DNA of 64,000 nucleotides from Nostoc sp. DedSLP01 (GCA_034530875.2 JAVRCJ020000006.1:64001-128000); one strand, 5' to 3'. Positions 31,012 through 41,535 are shown, counted from the stretch's first letter. Numbers and translations are program-made. The notes: a model not told the origin generated them from the sequence alone.

Positions 31012-31509
31012 TTAACTGTCGCCATTACCAAACCGCTTGATCAAATCCTCAGGACGGAGATTGGAAACAAATTCACGGAAGGCTTGCTGTTCGGCTTCAT
31101 CTGCATCGCGGTCAACAGGGATTGAGGCATCGGCGATGACTTCTTCCATTACCCAAATCGGAGTATTTGTTCTCAGGGCAATGGCGATCGCATCGCTAGG
31201 ACGGGCGTCGATTTCCTTTTTCACCTCGCCTTGTTGCACGATTAAAGCTGCATAAAATGTATCTTTTTGCAGCGAATGAATGATAACCTTCTCTAGAGTC
31301 ATGTTCCACGTCTCTAAAAGATTCACCATCAAATCGTGGGTTAAGGGTCTGGGAGGCTTCTGATTTTCCAGCGCGCCCATAATTGCCCTAGCTTGTTCCT
31401 GACCGATGTAAATTGGCAAAGCCCGCCGATCTGAAGAATCTTTCAAAAGTACGATTGGGCTGCGGGTTATGGCATCTAATGCTATGCCAGCGACTTTCAT
31501 TTCAATCAT
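31012..31509 (-). CDS. Bifunctional nuclease family protein (DUF151)
   Basis: LPIYIG, PRPLTHDL, IDARPSDAIAIALR. Confidence 0.92.
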   Translation of the reverse strand: MIEMKVAGIALDAITRSPIVLLKDSSDRRALPIYIGQEQARAIMGALENQKPPRPLTHDLMVNLLETWNMTLEKVIIHSLQKDTFYAALIVQQGEVKKEIDARPSDAIAIALRTNTPIWVMEEVIADASIPVDRDADEAEQQAFREFVSNLRPEDLIKRFGNGDS

Positions 31510-31850
31510 TGGCTAAGCCTCTACAATTTTTTGAGAGCCTTGGATAGTGTGTAACAAATAGCACTCTTCTCCAGGCGGTTTGGCGACAGTAATAAACATA
31601 AGCATTCGTTCTCTATAATTGCTTCTATTAAACTCCGAACTTGTGGTGTACACCAGAGTAATTCAAACGGGTCTGCTTAAACAATAAGCTTCTTACCCAA
31701 GTATGCCTCGTGAAGGATGATAATGTGTTAATATTTTGCATATAAAAAAAAGTCAGAAAATATACCCAAAGATTCTGAATTTATGTGAGAATTACTAGTT
31801 AATTTCAGCCAAAATTAGGCAATAAATAGAGTTAGTTTGGCAAAAAAGCG

Positions 31851-32531
31851 GTGTTTACAGGATTAATCCAAGCATTAGGAACAATGAAACCCTTAGGGGG
31901 CGATTCTTGGCAAATTACTTGTGTTAGCCATTCTGGTGAAGTAATTATGCAAGATTTGGCTTACGGTGACAGTGTTGCAGTAGATGGCGTTTGCTTGACA
32001 GTGGAAACAGTTTTAAAAGATGGGTTTATCGCCACAGCTTCACCAGAAACCCTACGCCGCACAACTTTAGGAGGCGAGCAAACGCAACAGAGATACGTCA
32101 ATTTAGAAGCGTCGCTCAGAGTTGGCAGCAAAGTCGGCGGTCATTTTGTCATGGGTCATGTAGATGGCATCGGCCGATTGGTAATGGCAGAACAAACCGC
32201 TACTTCTTGGGAAATGACCTTTATTGCATCAGAGGCGATCGCACGGTACATTGTCCCCAAAGGTAGCATCGCCGTCAATGGCATCAGCCTTACAGTAGCT
32301 GCATACGAGCCAGAATTGTCTCAATTTAAGGTGGCGGTCATTCCCCTCACATACACCGATACAAATCTTCGCTATTTGACTCCTGGGAGTTTGGTAAATT
32401 TAGAAGGAGATATTCTCGGCAAATACGTGGAAAAATTCCTCTATTCTGGCAAACCACAGACTACAGACCCTGATAACTATAGTATAAACGACATTACACC
32501 CGCATTCTTAGCAGAACACGGGTATTTGTAA
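31851..32531 (+). CDS. ribE: Riboflavin synthase (alpha chain)
   Basis: MFTGLI, GDSVAVDGVCLTV, GGHFVMGHVDG, KGSIAVNGISLT. Confidence 0.95.
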   Translation: MFTGLIQALGTMKPLGGDSWQITCVSHSGEVIMQDLAYGDSVAVDGVCLTVETVLKDGFIATASPETLRRTTLGGEQTQQRYVNLEASLRVGSKVGGHFVMGHVDGIGRLVMAEQTATSWEMTFIASEAIARYIVPKGSIAVNGISLTVAAYEPELSQFKVAVIPLTYTDTNLRYLTPGSLVNLEGDILGKYVEKFLYSGKPQTTDPDNYSINDITPAFLAEHGYL

Positions 32532-32534
32532 TTT

Positions 32535-32636
32535 AGGAATGGGGATTGGCGATTAGGGATTGGGGACTGGGAGTGAGGAGTGAGGAGTTATTATTCTCCC
32601 CTTTCCCCCAGCCACTAGTCACCAGTCCCCAGTCCC
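32535..32636. repeat. Inverted STRR arrays (GGGGATT/GGGGACT ... AGTCCCC)
   Basis: Heptamer tracts between convergent genes. Confidence 0.8.
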
Positions 32637-32638
32637 TT

Positions 32639-34201
32639 TTAACTGCCTGGTTTCTGGCTTAACTGAACGGGCTGGAAGCTTCGTACTAACTGGCTCAGAC
32701 CGCTTTGTAATTCCACGCCTGGGTCAGCAGCAACCCACCCATTCGGTGTTAGGTGGCGGACTTCAAAGTGCAGGTGAGGGCCTGTGGAATTACCCGTGCT
32801 GCCAACTCGACCGATGACAGTTCCGGGTTGTACCCACTGACCCGGTTGAACAAAGATTTCTGACATGTGACCGTAGAGAGTTTGTTCAGCAGATTTGTGG
32901 TTGAGAATAACGGTTAAACCGTAACCACCCACCCAGTTAGCAGTCTCCACAGTTCCGGCGGCAGCAGCCAAAACTGGCGTTCCCATAGGCGCACCCAAGT
33001 CTGTACCAGCATGGAAGCGTTGGTTACCTGTAATTGGATGAATTCGCCAACCAAACAAAGAAGTAATGGGAGCAGGAACAGACAGTGGATACATCATTCC
33101 CGTACCGCCATAAGCGATTGTGGGGCTGTAGGGGATTCTTGGCAATACCGAAGCCAGGGAGAAGTCATAAGCTACGGTGCTGGGGCGGGGTGCAACGTTT
33201 CCTTCTGCCATTGGTGGTGGTAGAGTGCCACCGCTTGGTGCGATGGGAGTTGCACTCACTCTCGTGGGGCCAAACTCGCTGGGATTAGGAATAAACCGAT
33301 TCGGGCGGAATGCGGTCTTATTTTCACCAATAGAACCACTTTGAGCAGCACGCCATCTGCTATTGTTACCAGTAGTTGCAATTATTGGTCGCACGGGCGG
33401 AACTACTGGTAATTGTGCGTTTTCACTTCTTCTAAGCCAGCTAGGTGCTGATTTGCGATAGCGTTCGGCTACGCGGTCAGTTTGGGGTGCTTTCACGCAA
33501 ACCCCGCCTAGTACGCTTTGTCCAGAAGGCAAAACGGCTCGACAACCACTAGAACGTTCTGTGAGGATTACGGAATTCGGTGCTTGGTAAGTACCCGTTG
33601 CGCCGGCATCATAATTGTTGGGGTCAATATAGGCGTTATTATAATCCTTGGTTTTTTCAGTCGTTGCTCTGACAGTGTTGTTTGAGTTGTTTGCTGGTTG
33701 AGCAACTTCTGGTAACTTTTCACGTAGCGAACGGGAAGGAGTATTACGCTTTTCTTCTCGTACCCTTACAGGAGCAAGTTGGGAAGTTTCTGGCTTGGGC
33801 TTTGACTGTCTGAAAGTTACAACAGGTTCAGCAGCTTCGATTTTAGGCTTTAACTGTCTAATTGGTTGTTTCGATTGAGCTACTTCTGGCTTGCGTAACC
33901 TCTGTTTGAGTCTGGTTCGCCGTTGAGCAAAGTCCGGCTGTGTTTGACTTGCTTCGGGCGCAACACTCCGTATTTTAAGTGGATTGGCGATCGCTGCTGG
34001 CTGGGAACTTTCAACAGTGGGAACGATATTATCTATTTGTGTTTCCATTTGGGCAGAGACAAAGCCGCCGCTTAGGAGACTGATGCTGCTTAACCAACAG
34101 AGACTCTGTGCTGGTAGCGTCGAGGCAAAACGTTTTTTTGTGACATCTTGCTGTGATAAGTAGTGCAAACGATGATGGGCAGAATTTTTGCGCTGCGTCA
34201 T
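32639..34201 (-). CDS. M23 family metallopeptidase
   Basis: FHAGTDLGAP, YGHMS, STGPHLHFE after a long low-complexity N-terminus. Confidence 0.9.
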   Translation of the reverse strand: MTQRKNSAHHRLHYLSQQDVTKKRFASTLPAQSLCWLSSISLLSGGFVSAQMETQIDNIVPTVESSQPAAIANPLKIRSVAPEASQTQPDFAQRRTRLKQRLRKPEVAQSKQPIRQLKPKIEAAEPVVTFRQSKPKPETSQLAPVRVREEKRNTPSRSLREKLPEVAQPANNSNNTVRATTEKTKDYNNAYIDPNNYDAGATGTYQAPNSVILTERSSGCRAVLPSGQSVLGGVCVKAPQTDRVAERYRKSAPSWLRRSENAQLPVVPPVRPIIATTGNNSRWRAAQSGSIGENKTAFRPNRFIPNPSEFGPTRVSATPIAPSGGTLPPPMAEGNVAPRPSTVAYDFSLASVLPRIPYSPTIAYGGTGMMYPLSVPAPITSLFGWRIHPITGNQRFHAGTDLGAPMGTPVLAAAAGTVETANWVGGYGLTVILNHKSAEQTLYGHMSEIFVQPGQWVQPGTVIGRVGSTGNSTGPHLHFEVRHLTPNGWVAADPGVELQSGLSQLVRSFQPVQLSQKPGS

Positions 34202-34291
34202 TTGTTCTCTCAGTTGTGTGTAATTAGCCTAAAGAGATGATGCTAGTGGTTTGCCTTGCCCAAAGAGCGAAATTTTGAACAAACCTCAAAT

Positions 34292-35110
34292 TTAAATGGA
34301 AGATTTATGGTACCCCAAACTGATTGTACCGGGTTGAATATAAATTTCCGGTGTAAATAGTTCTTTTGTCCCATAATTTTCTACATCAATTCGTAAATTT
34401 CCTTGAGGAGTGACGCCAACTACAGTACCTAAAAGATTGTTGACGTAAACTTTATCGCCTATGTTTGTAAGCAAATCTAAATAGCCAGGCAAGAGTATGT
34501 TTATTCCTTCTTGGAAAAGGCACTGCACGCCGGATTCTATTCCTAGTAAAACTGTAGAGGTAAGCATTTCTAGACAAGAAATTGCTCTGTAATTTTGGGA
34601 AGCTTGCCACGATTCCAGATTAATTCCTGTTTCTGGTACTGGATTTGTCCAGTTAATACCTACACCAATTACTGCTTGGGTAATTTGTCCTTTGTTTACT
34701 TTGGTTTCTGTTAAAATGCCGCCTAGCTTGCGACCATTTAAAACTAAATCATTGGGCCATTTGATGCCAACATTGACGTTATATTGGCGCAATTGAGAGC
34801 CAATTCCCCAAGCACTAGCGAAAGTTAGCTGATAGCTTTCATTAGCTTCTATTTTCTGGTCAAAGGAAATCGCTAGCGAAAGATACAATCCCCCAGTTGG
34901 AGAAATCCACTGGCGGCCCCATTGTCCCTTTCCAGCAGTCTGGGAAGTTGCAATTACTACTGTTCCTGAGTTCGCGCCTTGGTTGAGCATGTCCCAGAGA
35001 ATTTGGTTCGTTGAGGAGACACTTTCAAAAAAGTGCAGAGAAAATGGTAAATATGGAGACTTACGCCCTACTTTTAAGGCTGCTTCTAAATTTTGCAGAT
35101 CGAATCCCAC
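34292..35110 (-). CDS. birA: Biotin--[acetyl-CoA carboxylase] ligase
   Basis: STN, QTAGKGQWGRQW, KWPND, KLGGIL. Confidence 0.93.
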   Translation of the reverse strand: MGFDLQNLEAALKVGRKSPYLPFSLHFFESVSSTNQILWDMLNQGANSGTVVIATSQTAGKGQWGRQWISPTGGLYLSLAISFDQKIEANESYQLTFASAWGIGSQLRQYNVNVGIKWPNDLVLNGRKLGGILTETKVNKGQITQAVIGVGINWTNPVPETGINLESWQASQNYRAISCLEMLTSTVLLGIESGVQCLFQEGINILLPGYLDLLTNIGDKVYVNNLLGTVVGVTPQGNLRIDVENYGTKELFTPEIYIQPGTISLGYHKSSI

Positions 35111-35189
35111 AGCAGTTAACCTAAATTCCGTTGTTCAAGTTAGCATTAATTGACTGATGAGTATATTTTCTGTTTAGGTTTAGTTGAAG

Positions 35190-35957
35190 ATGCACACTTG
35201 GCACTGGCGTAATTGGGAAGGACTGCCCTATTTGACTTGCAGTATTCTGGAAAATTGGCATCACGGTTTCTTTACTCACCAGTTTTGGCCGCGATCGCCA
35301 CAAGATATCACACAAGCACTACAACCAGAGGCATCAGTCTATCGCTTAAAGCAGGTACATGGCAATACTGTTCTCACCCCCCAAGAAATTGCCACGAGCA
35401 CTCTTGAGGATGGTTTAGCAGCGGCAGATGGTTTAATTAGCGAGCAGCCTCTACAAGCTGTTTGGGTCGCTAGTGCAGATTGTACGCCCGTGCTGATTGG
35501 GGATGTGAAAACCCGACAAGTGGCAGCATTACACGCTGGATGGCGCGGTACTGCCAAGCAGATTGTCCCCCAAGCGATCGCTCGCTTACAATCCCAAGGC
35601 AGCCAACTCGACGATTTACGTATTGCTATGGGGCCTGCGATCGCTGGTGAGGTTTACCAGGTTTCTGTTGAGGTGGCTGCCGAAGTCGGAGCCAGCATTT
35701 TACCATATAACGACGAACAAAAAATTGTCTATGAATTACAAAATCTGCCAAATTCACCTTTATTAGAAGACCCAAACCCAGAAAAGGTAAAACTCGATGT
35801 CCGGCGGGTAAATCTTTTACAATTGACAAGTTTAGGAATTAATTCAGAACAAATTGCGATCGCTCCTTATTGTACTTTCCAAAATCCAGACTATTTCTTT
35901 TCTTACCGCCGAGAACAAGAGAAAAAAGTCCAGTGGTCAGGAATTGTTAGCTGTTAA
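35190..35957 (+). CDS. pgeF: PgeF/YfiH family protein
   Basis: QVHG, ADCTPVL, HAGWRG, GPAI, FFSYRR. Confidence 0.92.
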   Translation: MHTWHWRNWEGLPYLTCSILENWHHGFFTHQFWPRSPQDITQALQPEASVYRLKQVHGNTVLTPQEIATSTLEDGLAAADGLISEQPLQAVWVASADCTPVLIGDVKTRQVAALHAGWRGTAKQIVPQAIARLQSQGSQLDDLRIAMGPAIAGEVYQVSVEVAAEVGASILPYNDEQKIVYELQNLPNSPLLEDPNPEKVKLDVRRVNLLQLTSLGINSEQIAIAPYCTFQNPDYFFSYRREQEKKVQWSGIVSC

Positions 35958-36110
35958 AGTATGAATTAGTAGCCTCAATCGCGATCGCACAATAGATTTT
36001 CAGGATGCTCGAGATTGAGGATTTTTCATACAGCATACTGCAATGCATCTGCTGTAAGTATTTTTACAAATATTAACGTTGAAGTAAAAAATTTTTTACT
36101 AGGTAAAATA

Positions 36111-37157
36111 TCAAGTCAATGCTTCATATAAAACTTCGCGATGTATCAAAGCGCGATCGACTAAAGATTGTATTTGTTCGGCTGATAATGGATCGCCATT
36201 AGCATAATGTTCCATCCAGGTTTTACCAATTAAATTGGAGTCATCTGGTAAAGTTCCTAAATCCCACCCAGGCATTTCCAAGTCTTCCATGAGACGATTT
36301 ACCTTAGGATCGTAACTCAGAGCAAAACAGCGACAACCTTCAGCAGCAGCCATAATTAAGCTGTGCAGGCGCATTCCAATTGCCATTTCGACACCGCGAA
36401 AGACACCTTTTAAAAGTTGCGGATCTTCCAGACACAAAATTTTGCTGACATCTGGAAGTTGCGGTTGAATAGCTTGAGCAATACCTAAATCTTCACTTTT
36501 TTGAAATGGCAGTAGTAATATAAATGCTTGCGTAGCTTTTTGGAAATCCACCAAAGCTCGAGTCAAATTTGCTAAGCGTGTTGGTGTAAGTAGGGGATGC
36601 GATCGCAAAGTTACCGCAACTCTCGGCGCAGGTAAATCCCAAAGTCCCGGTACTGGTTTAGATTCTAATGCCCAAACAGGGTCGGGAGCTATAACACAAG
36701 AAATTTGCCAATCAGCTAATAAAGCAGCACTGGCGCGATCGCGGACGCTGACTTTGGTACAATTACCAAAGGTTTGCCTTGCTAAATAACGGGTTTGCGG
36801 ACGCACCAAGGGACCGATACCCTGTGCCCAAGCTACGGTTTTCAAACCAAATTTCTGTGCCAATGCCATCAGTCCCCCATAATAAAATGGGCTGATAGTG
36901 CTAGTAACATCTTGAATTAGACTCCCACCGCCCCAAATTAAGGCATCACAAGAGCGCAAAGCTTGTAAAACGGGTAAAATAGCCATGCGATTGTGGGTTT
37001 CTACATTGTAGCGATCGCGCGTTTCCTCTGGATTACCCGAAAGCACCACAGGCGTCACATCAGGTGGTAACATTTGCAAAAGCGTTGCCAACAAAGCTTC
37101 GTCACCACCATTACCTTTACCGTAATATCCAGACAATAACGCCCGCATCTTTGCCAT
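36111..37157 (-). CDS. csaB: Polysaccharide pyruvyl transferase
   Basis: GYYGKGNGGDEA, GGGSLIQDVTS, AQGIGP, GMRLH, SYDPKV. Confidence 0.93.
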   Translation of the reverse strand: MAKMRALLSGYYGKGNGGDEALLATLLQMLPPDVTPVVLSGNPEETRDRYNVETHNRMAILPVLQALRSCDALIWGGGSLIQDVTSTISPFYYGGLMALAQKFGLKTVAWAQGIGPLVRPQTRYLARQTFGNCTKVSVRDRASAALLADWQISCVIAPDPVWALESKPVPGLWDLPAPRVAVTLRSHPLLTPTRLANLTRALVDFQKATQAFILLLPFQKSEDLGIAQAIQPQLPDVSKILCLEDPQLLKGVFRGVEMAIGMRLHSLIMAAAEGCRCFALSYDPKVNRLMEDLEMPGWDLGTLPDDSNLIGKTWMEHYANGDPLSAEQIQSLVDRALIHREVLYEALT

Positions 37158-37376
37158 TTTAGATTTTGGATTTTAGATTTTAGATTATCAAGTTTTTCCC
37201 CAAAATTGATGAGATACCGTCATCTCACCAACTAATAATAGTTTGGGCTGGGAGTAGGGAGTAAGAATATTCTGTCTAAAGACAATTTATTATAAAGATG
37301 AATTTTCTTGTGGGAAGATGATCTTTGTAGAAAAACAACAGAACTAATTAATCCCCATTCCCCACTCCAACTTCTT

Positions 37377-37712
37377 ATGCACGTCCTTTCGATTCCCACC
37401 TGGATTATTCATATTTCTAGCGTTATTGAGTGGATTATTGCCATTTGGTTGATTTGGACTTATGGCGAACTTACTGGTAACCGTAGTTGGTGGGGATTAT
37501 CTCTTGCTATGCTACCAGCTTTGGTGAGCGCCATGTGTGCTTGTACCTGGCATTATTTCGACAACGCCGAATCTTTGGAATGGCTGGTAACGCTTCAAGC
37601 TACCATGACCTTAGTTGGTAATTTTACACTTTGGGCAGCAGCATTTTTGATTTGGCGTTCTACCAAGTCTACCAGCAGCGTTGCACCCCAACCTATTAAA
37701 TCAAAGCAATGA
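37377..37712 (+). CDS. ycf49: Ycf49-like membrane protein (DUF2499)
   Basis: LSIPTWIIHISSVIEW, ACTWHYFDN. Confidence 0.88.
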   Translation: MHVLSIPTWIIHISSVIEWIIAIWLIWTYGELTGNRSWWGLSLAMLPALVSAMCACTWHYFDNAESLEWLVTLQATMTLVGNFTLWAAAFLIWRSTKSTSSVAPQPIKSKQ

Positions 37713-38002
37713 TGTCTAAAGAAACCCTGTTTGCACTTTCACTTTTTCCCTATTTGGGTTTCTTGTGGTTTATCAGCCGCAGTCCACAAATGCCGCGTCT
37801 AGCGCTATATGGATTTTACGGTACTCTTGTTTTCGTTTTCGTCACCATTCCCGCAGGAATCTACGCCCAATTGCATTATGGCAACTCTTTAGCCAATGTA
37901 GATTGGTTACACGGTGGTGCAGAAGTATTTTTAACGCTTGCCAACATCTTGACGGTGTTGGGTTTCCGGCAAGCAGTCCAGGAATTGAAAAATAGGGAGT
38001 AG
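37709..38002 (+). CDS. DUF3593 membrane protein
   Basis: LFALSLFPYLGFL, LANVDWLHGGAE; coupled to ycf49. Confidence 0.85.
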   Translation: MMSKETLFALSLFPYLGFLWFISRSPQMPRLALYGFYGTLVFVFVTIPAGIYAQLHYGNSLANVDWLHGGAEVFLTLANILTVLGFRQAVQELKNRE

Positions 38003-38106
38003 GGAGTGGTGAGTTAGGAGTTAAGAATTGTTTTCTTTGCCTCTTCATTCCCCACTCCCTATTCCCCACTCTCCATTTTTAAGCATTGAGTATAAGGAAG
38101 AAGTAA

Positions 38107-38880
38107 ATGGATGTAATTCCAGCAATAGATTTACTAGAAGGTCGTTGCGTGCGACTGTATCAAGGAGACTACGATCGCTCGCAAGTTTTTAGCGAAAACC
38201 CGGCTGATGTTGCAAAACAGTGGGTGGAACAAGGCGCTACAAGATTGCATGTAGTCGATCTAGATGGTGCAAAAGCAGGTAAAGTAGTAAATCTTCAGGC
38301 AATAGAAGCGATCGCTAATGTGGTATCAGTGCCGATTGAAATTGGTGGAGGATTGCGCGATCGCACCAGCGTAGAACAAGTGTTTAATCTGGGCATACAG
38401 TGGGGAATTCTCGGCACTATCGCCGTAGAACAACCGCAACTAGTACAACAACTGTGTGAAGAATTTCCGGGAAAAATTATTATCGGTATTGATGCCCGTA
38501 ACGGCCGCGTAGCAACTCGCGGTTGGTTAGAAACTTCAGAAGTTTTAGCCACCCAACTGGCTGTAAGAATGCAAGAATTAGGTGCAGCAGCGATTATTTA
38601 TACGGATATTCACCGTGATGGTACGCTCTCAGGGCCGAATTTGCCTGCTTTACGAGAACTTGCTGCTGCAATTTCGATACCAGTAATTGCTTCTGGTGGA
38701 GTTAGTTCTGTTACCGATTTGTTGAGTTTGCTGGCGTTAGAACCCCAAGGCGTGACAGGTGCGATCGTCGGACGTGCCTTGTATACTGGGGATATTTTAC
38801 TTAAAGAAGCATTACAAGCGATCGGACCTGGGCGAATTCAGGATATACCGCCCAATTTTGGGTATTCTAATTTTGCTTAA
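38107..38880 (+). CDS. hisA: ProFAR isomerase
   Basis: [35 protein letters not shown]. Confidence 0.96.
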   Translation: MDVIPAIDLLEGRCVRLYQGDYDRSQVFSENPADVAKQWVEQGATRLHVVDLDGAKAGKVVNLQAIEAIANVVSVPIEIGGGLRDRTSVEQVFNLGIQWGILGTIAVEQPQLVQQLCEEFPGKIIIGIDARNGRVATRGWLETSEVLATQLAVRMQELGAAAIIYTDIHRDGTLSGPNLPALRELAAAISIPVIASGGVSSVTDLLSLLALEPQGVTGAIVGRALYTGDILLKEALQAIGPGRIQDIPPNFGYSNFA

Positions 38881-39000
38881 TAGTTTCTGTATTTGGTGAC
38901 AAACTCCACACACTGCCCCGGAGTACCAAGTACAGTGGTAGCTCTCTTAACCAGTCCGGCTATTTATTTTAGCTAAACAGCGAACGGTACGGAGGATGAA

Positions 39001-39654
39001 ATGGTTGTTACACTGCAACTGCGCCAAATCGACCTTCAACCAGGGCAGTGCTTGACATTGCGCGATATCGGTTGGACAGAGTTTGAAGCAATTCTAGAGG
39101 AACTTGGAGAACATCGGGCTACACGAGTTGCTTACTATCAAGGGGTGTTAGAGATTCGGATGCCTTCAGCAGAACATGAAGTTGACAAAGAATTAATCGG
39201 CGATATGGTTAAAATCCTACTTGATGAGTTAGCACTTGACTGGGAACCTTACGGCTCGACAACACTAAAGCGAGTGCAAATGGCAGCAGGTGTAGAACCC
39301 GATACCTGTTTTTATATTCAAAATGCTCGCCAAATGATTGGCAAGCGACGGTTAGATTTGTCAGTCGACCCACCACCAGATTTAGCAATTGAAATTGATG
39401 TTACCTCAAAGACCCAGCTTAGTGCTTATGTGGCATTGAGCGTACCTGAAGTTTGGTGTTATGCAAATGGCAAATTGCGAGTATTTGTCTTAAATCAAGG
39501 AGAATATATGGAAATGGAAACTAGCCCCACTTTTGGGAAGTTACCTGTCATTGAGGGGATATTACAGTTTTTGCAACTCAGCCTGACACAAGGATCTAGT
39601 ACAGCACAACGGAGATTTAGGCAGTGGGTACGTCAAGCATTAACACAGCAATAA
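39001..39654 (+). CDS. Uma2 (DUF820) family endonuclease
   Basis: LEIRMPSAEHE, GSTT, EPDTCFYI, PPDLAIEIDVTS, VPEVW. Confidence 0.9.
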   Translation: MVVTLQLRQIDLQPGQCLTLRDIGWTEFEAILEELGEHRATRVAYYQGVLEIRMPSAEHEVDKELIGDMVKILLDELALDWEPYGSTTLKRVQMAAGVEPDTCFYIQNARQMIGKRRLDLSVDPPPDLAIEIDVTSKTQLSAYVALSVPEVWCYANGKLRVFVLNQGEYMEMETSPTFGKLPVIEGILQFLQLSLTQGSSTAQRRFRQWVRQALTQQ

Positions 39655-39667
39655 ATATGAAGTTCGG

Positions 39668-41011
39668 TTAAATATCGATAGATATAGTTTTGGTAAAACG
39701 AAATTTTTGGTAATGAGCGTCAAGAACATATTTGTGATTGATAGCATCCTCACCAGATAGACGAGTTTCTATTGTCTTTCCTAGAATATCTTTATAGCCA
39801 TCCATTAATTCTGGGGCTATTAAAACCCTCCTCGTTTCTGGATGAATTGTTAGTAAGTATTTATCAAAAAGTCTATGTAAATCCACTCGCAGTAGTAGAC
39901 CATTTGCGATATTATGAGAATCTTGATTTCTATAAGGAATAATGTGCGCTGCTTCAATAACTTCTTCAATATTGCATCCAGTTATTATACACTTAGCTCC
40001 ATAAATTTCTATTAGTGCTTTTTTAAACTCTTCTTGCCCAGGACGAGGTGGAGGTGATTTCTGTTTTTTTATTTTTTCTAAAGTCGATAATTTTTTGACA
40101 AATTCAACATATTTATAATCTTTGGTTACATTTACATAAACCATTTTTTTATATTCTGGATCGAAACCTTCAGGAAATATAGTTTCTTCATCGTAATATG
40201 CTTCTTGTAAACTACTGGCACTATTCAAGCTAGTTTTATCAAAATTAGTTTTTCGTAAGTCTGCCTTACGCCAATTAGAACATTCTAATTTTGATTCATA
40301 TAAAACAGCATGATAAAGGTTGGCTTTTCTGAATTTTGTGTTAATTAATCTTGCTTGTTGTAGATCGGCTTCAGTCAGGTCTACACCATCTAATATTGAA
40401 TTTGTTAAATTTGCTTTATATAATTTAGCTTGTTTTAAGTTAGCTCTCTCTAAATTAACGCTTTGAAGGTTAGCTTCTGTTAAATCAACTCCGCTAAGAT
40501 TTCTATCAACTGCACCTTGATTAACAATTTCCCATATTAACTTATTTTTATCATCGAGTTTTGTATTTTCATCAATTATTACACCTTTAAAATTTGCACC
40601 TAAAACTATAGTATTAGTTAGATCGACACCACACAAGTTTGCATTTTTTAGATTTGCATTGCTTAGAATAGCTCCTTCTAAGTTTGCTCCACTTAGGATT
40701 GCTCCTTCTAGTTTAGCATTATCTAAATTTACCCCACGTAAGTTCGCATAAGCTAGATTAGTATTTTCTAGTTCTGCATTATTTAAATCTGAACCGCTAA
40801 GGTTAATTCCTGTTAGGGTTTCATTCCTAAAATCTGCTGGTTTGTTGTAATTTAAATAAGTTTTCCCTATTTTTTCAAGCATCCAATTATGCAAGTTTAA
40901 ATTACAAAAATCTCTTTCGCCCGCTTTGTAACGTATTAAAAGTTTTATATCTTCGAGTTGTTGCTGATCTTTGATCCAAGCACTACCATTATTAGCTGTA
41001 AATCTTGCCAT
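39668..41011 (-). CDS. Pentapeptide-repeat protein fused to a C-terminal HNH_2 endonuclease
   Basis: RYKAGERDF cap, many A(N/D)LxG/A pentads, YDEETIFPEGFDP cap, then RPGQEEFK...CIITG...EAAHIIPY...NGLLLRVDLHRLFD. Confidence 0.85.
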   Translation of the reverse strand: MARFTANNGSAWIKDQQQLEDIKLLIRYKAGERDFCNLNLHNWMLEKIGKTYLNYNKPADFRNETLTGINLSGSDLNNAELENTNLAYANLRGVNLDNAKLEGAILSGANLEGAILSNANLKNANLCGVDLTNTIVLGANFKGVIIDENTKLDDKNKLIWEIVNQGAVDRNLSGVDLTEANLQSVNLERANLKQAKLYKANLTNSILDGVDLTEADLQQARLINTKFRKANLYHAVLYESKLECSNWRKADLRKTNFDKTSLNSASSLQEAYYDEETIFPEGFDPEYKKMVYVNVTKDYKYVEFVKKLSTLEKIKKQKSPPPRPGQEEFKKALIEIYGAKCIITGCNIEEVIEAAHIIPYRNQDSHNIANGLLLRVDLHRLFDKYLLTIHPETRRVLIAPELMDGYKDILGKTIETRLSGEDAINHKYVLDAHYQKFRFTKTISIDI

Positions 41012-41225
41012 GTTTTTGGAAAATCTAGATACTTAGATGTAAATAGGAGAGCATTATCGTCAATAATAGCCGTATATTATACTAGTTTTTTGCTAATATA
41101 CTGAGCGATCGTTAGATTGATATATTAAAATTTATACTTTTTGCGTTAAAAGTTAAGGTTTATACATAAGTAAGATTATGTACAAACTTTTTTGAAAAAA
41201 TTTAAATTTTCTTTGATATATTTCT

Positions 41226-41268
41226 GTAATCGACAATACCCGTAATGTAGATAAAATTGTAGTAGACT
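41226..41268 (+). promoter_or_regulatory. Candidate NtcA-activated promoter
   Basis: GTA-ATCGACAA-TAC (41226-41239), a 23-nt spacer, then TAGACT (41263-41268), matching GTAN8TAC-N22/23-TAN3T. Confidence 0.5.
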
Positions 41269-41283
41269 TCAAAATTCGATATT

Positions 41284-41403
41284 ATGGCTAGTCAAGAGCA
41301 AAATACCCATCAAGCATTCAATCAAACACAGGCTGACGGAACAAAGAAAAAGAAAAAACTACAGCCGCCTCCAGATATCAAAAAACCAAAGAGAACAGAA
41401 TAA
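41284..41403 (+). CDS. Unannotated 39-aa Lys/Pro-rich small ORF
   Basis: MASQEQNTHQAFNQTQADGTKKKKKLQPPPDIKKPKRTE-stop, 15 nt after the -10 box; not in the ORF track. Confidence 0.4.
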   Translation: MASQEQNTHQAFNQTQADGTKKKKKLQPPPDIKKPKRTE

Positions 41404-41438
41404 AAATAGAATTCAGAATAATTAGAAAACCAGAATAT

Positions 41439-41535
41439 TATATAGCGATTCTTGTTTGCATTCAAACTATTGTAGGGGCGCACAGCTGTACGCCCCTACG
41501 AATAACCGTATTTTACTCAATTAAAAAGCTATATA
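41439..41535. mobile_element. MITE-like element with GTAG REP core
   Basis: Ends TATATAGC...GCTATATA; core GTAGGGGCGCACAGCTGTACGCCCCTAC at 41472-41499. Confidence 0.7.
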
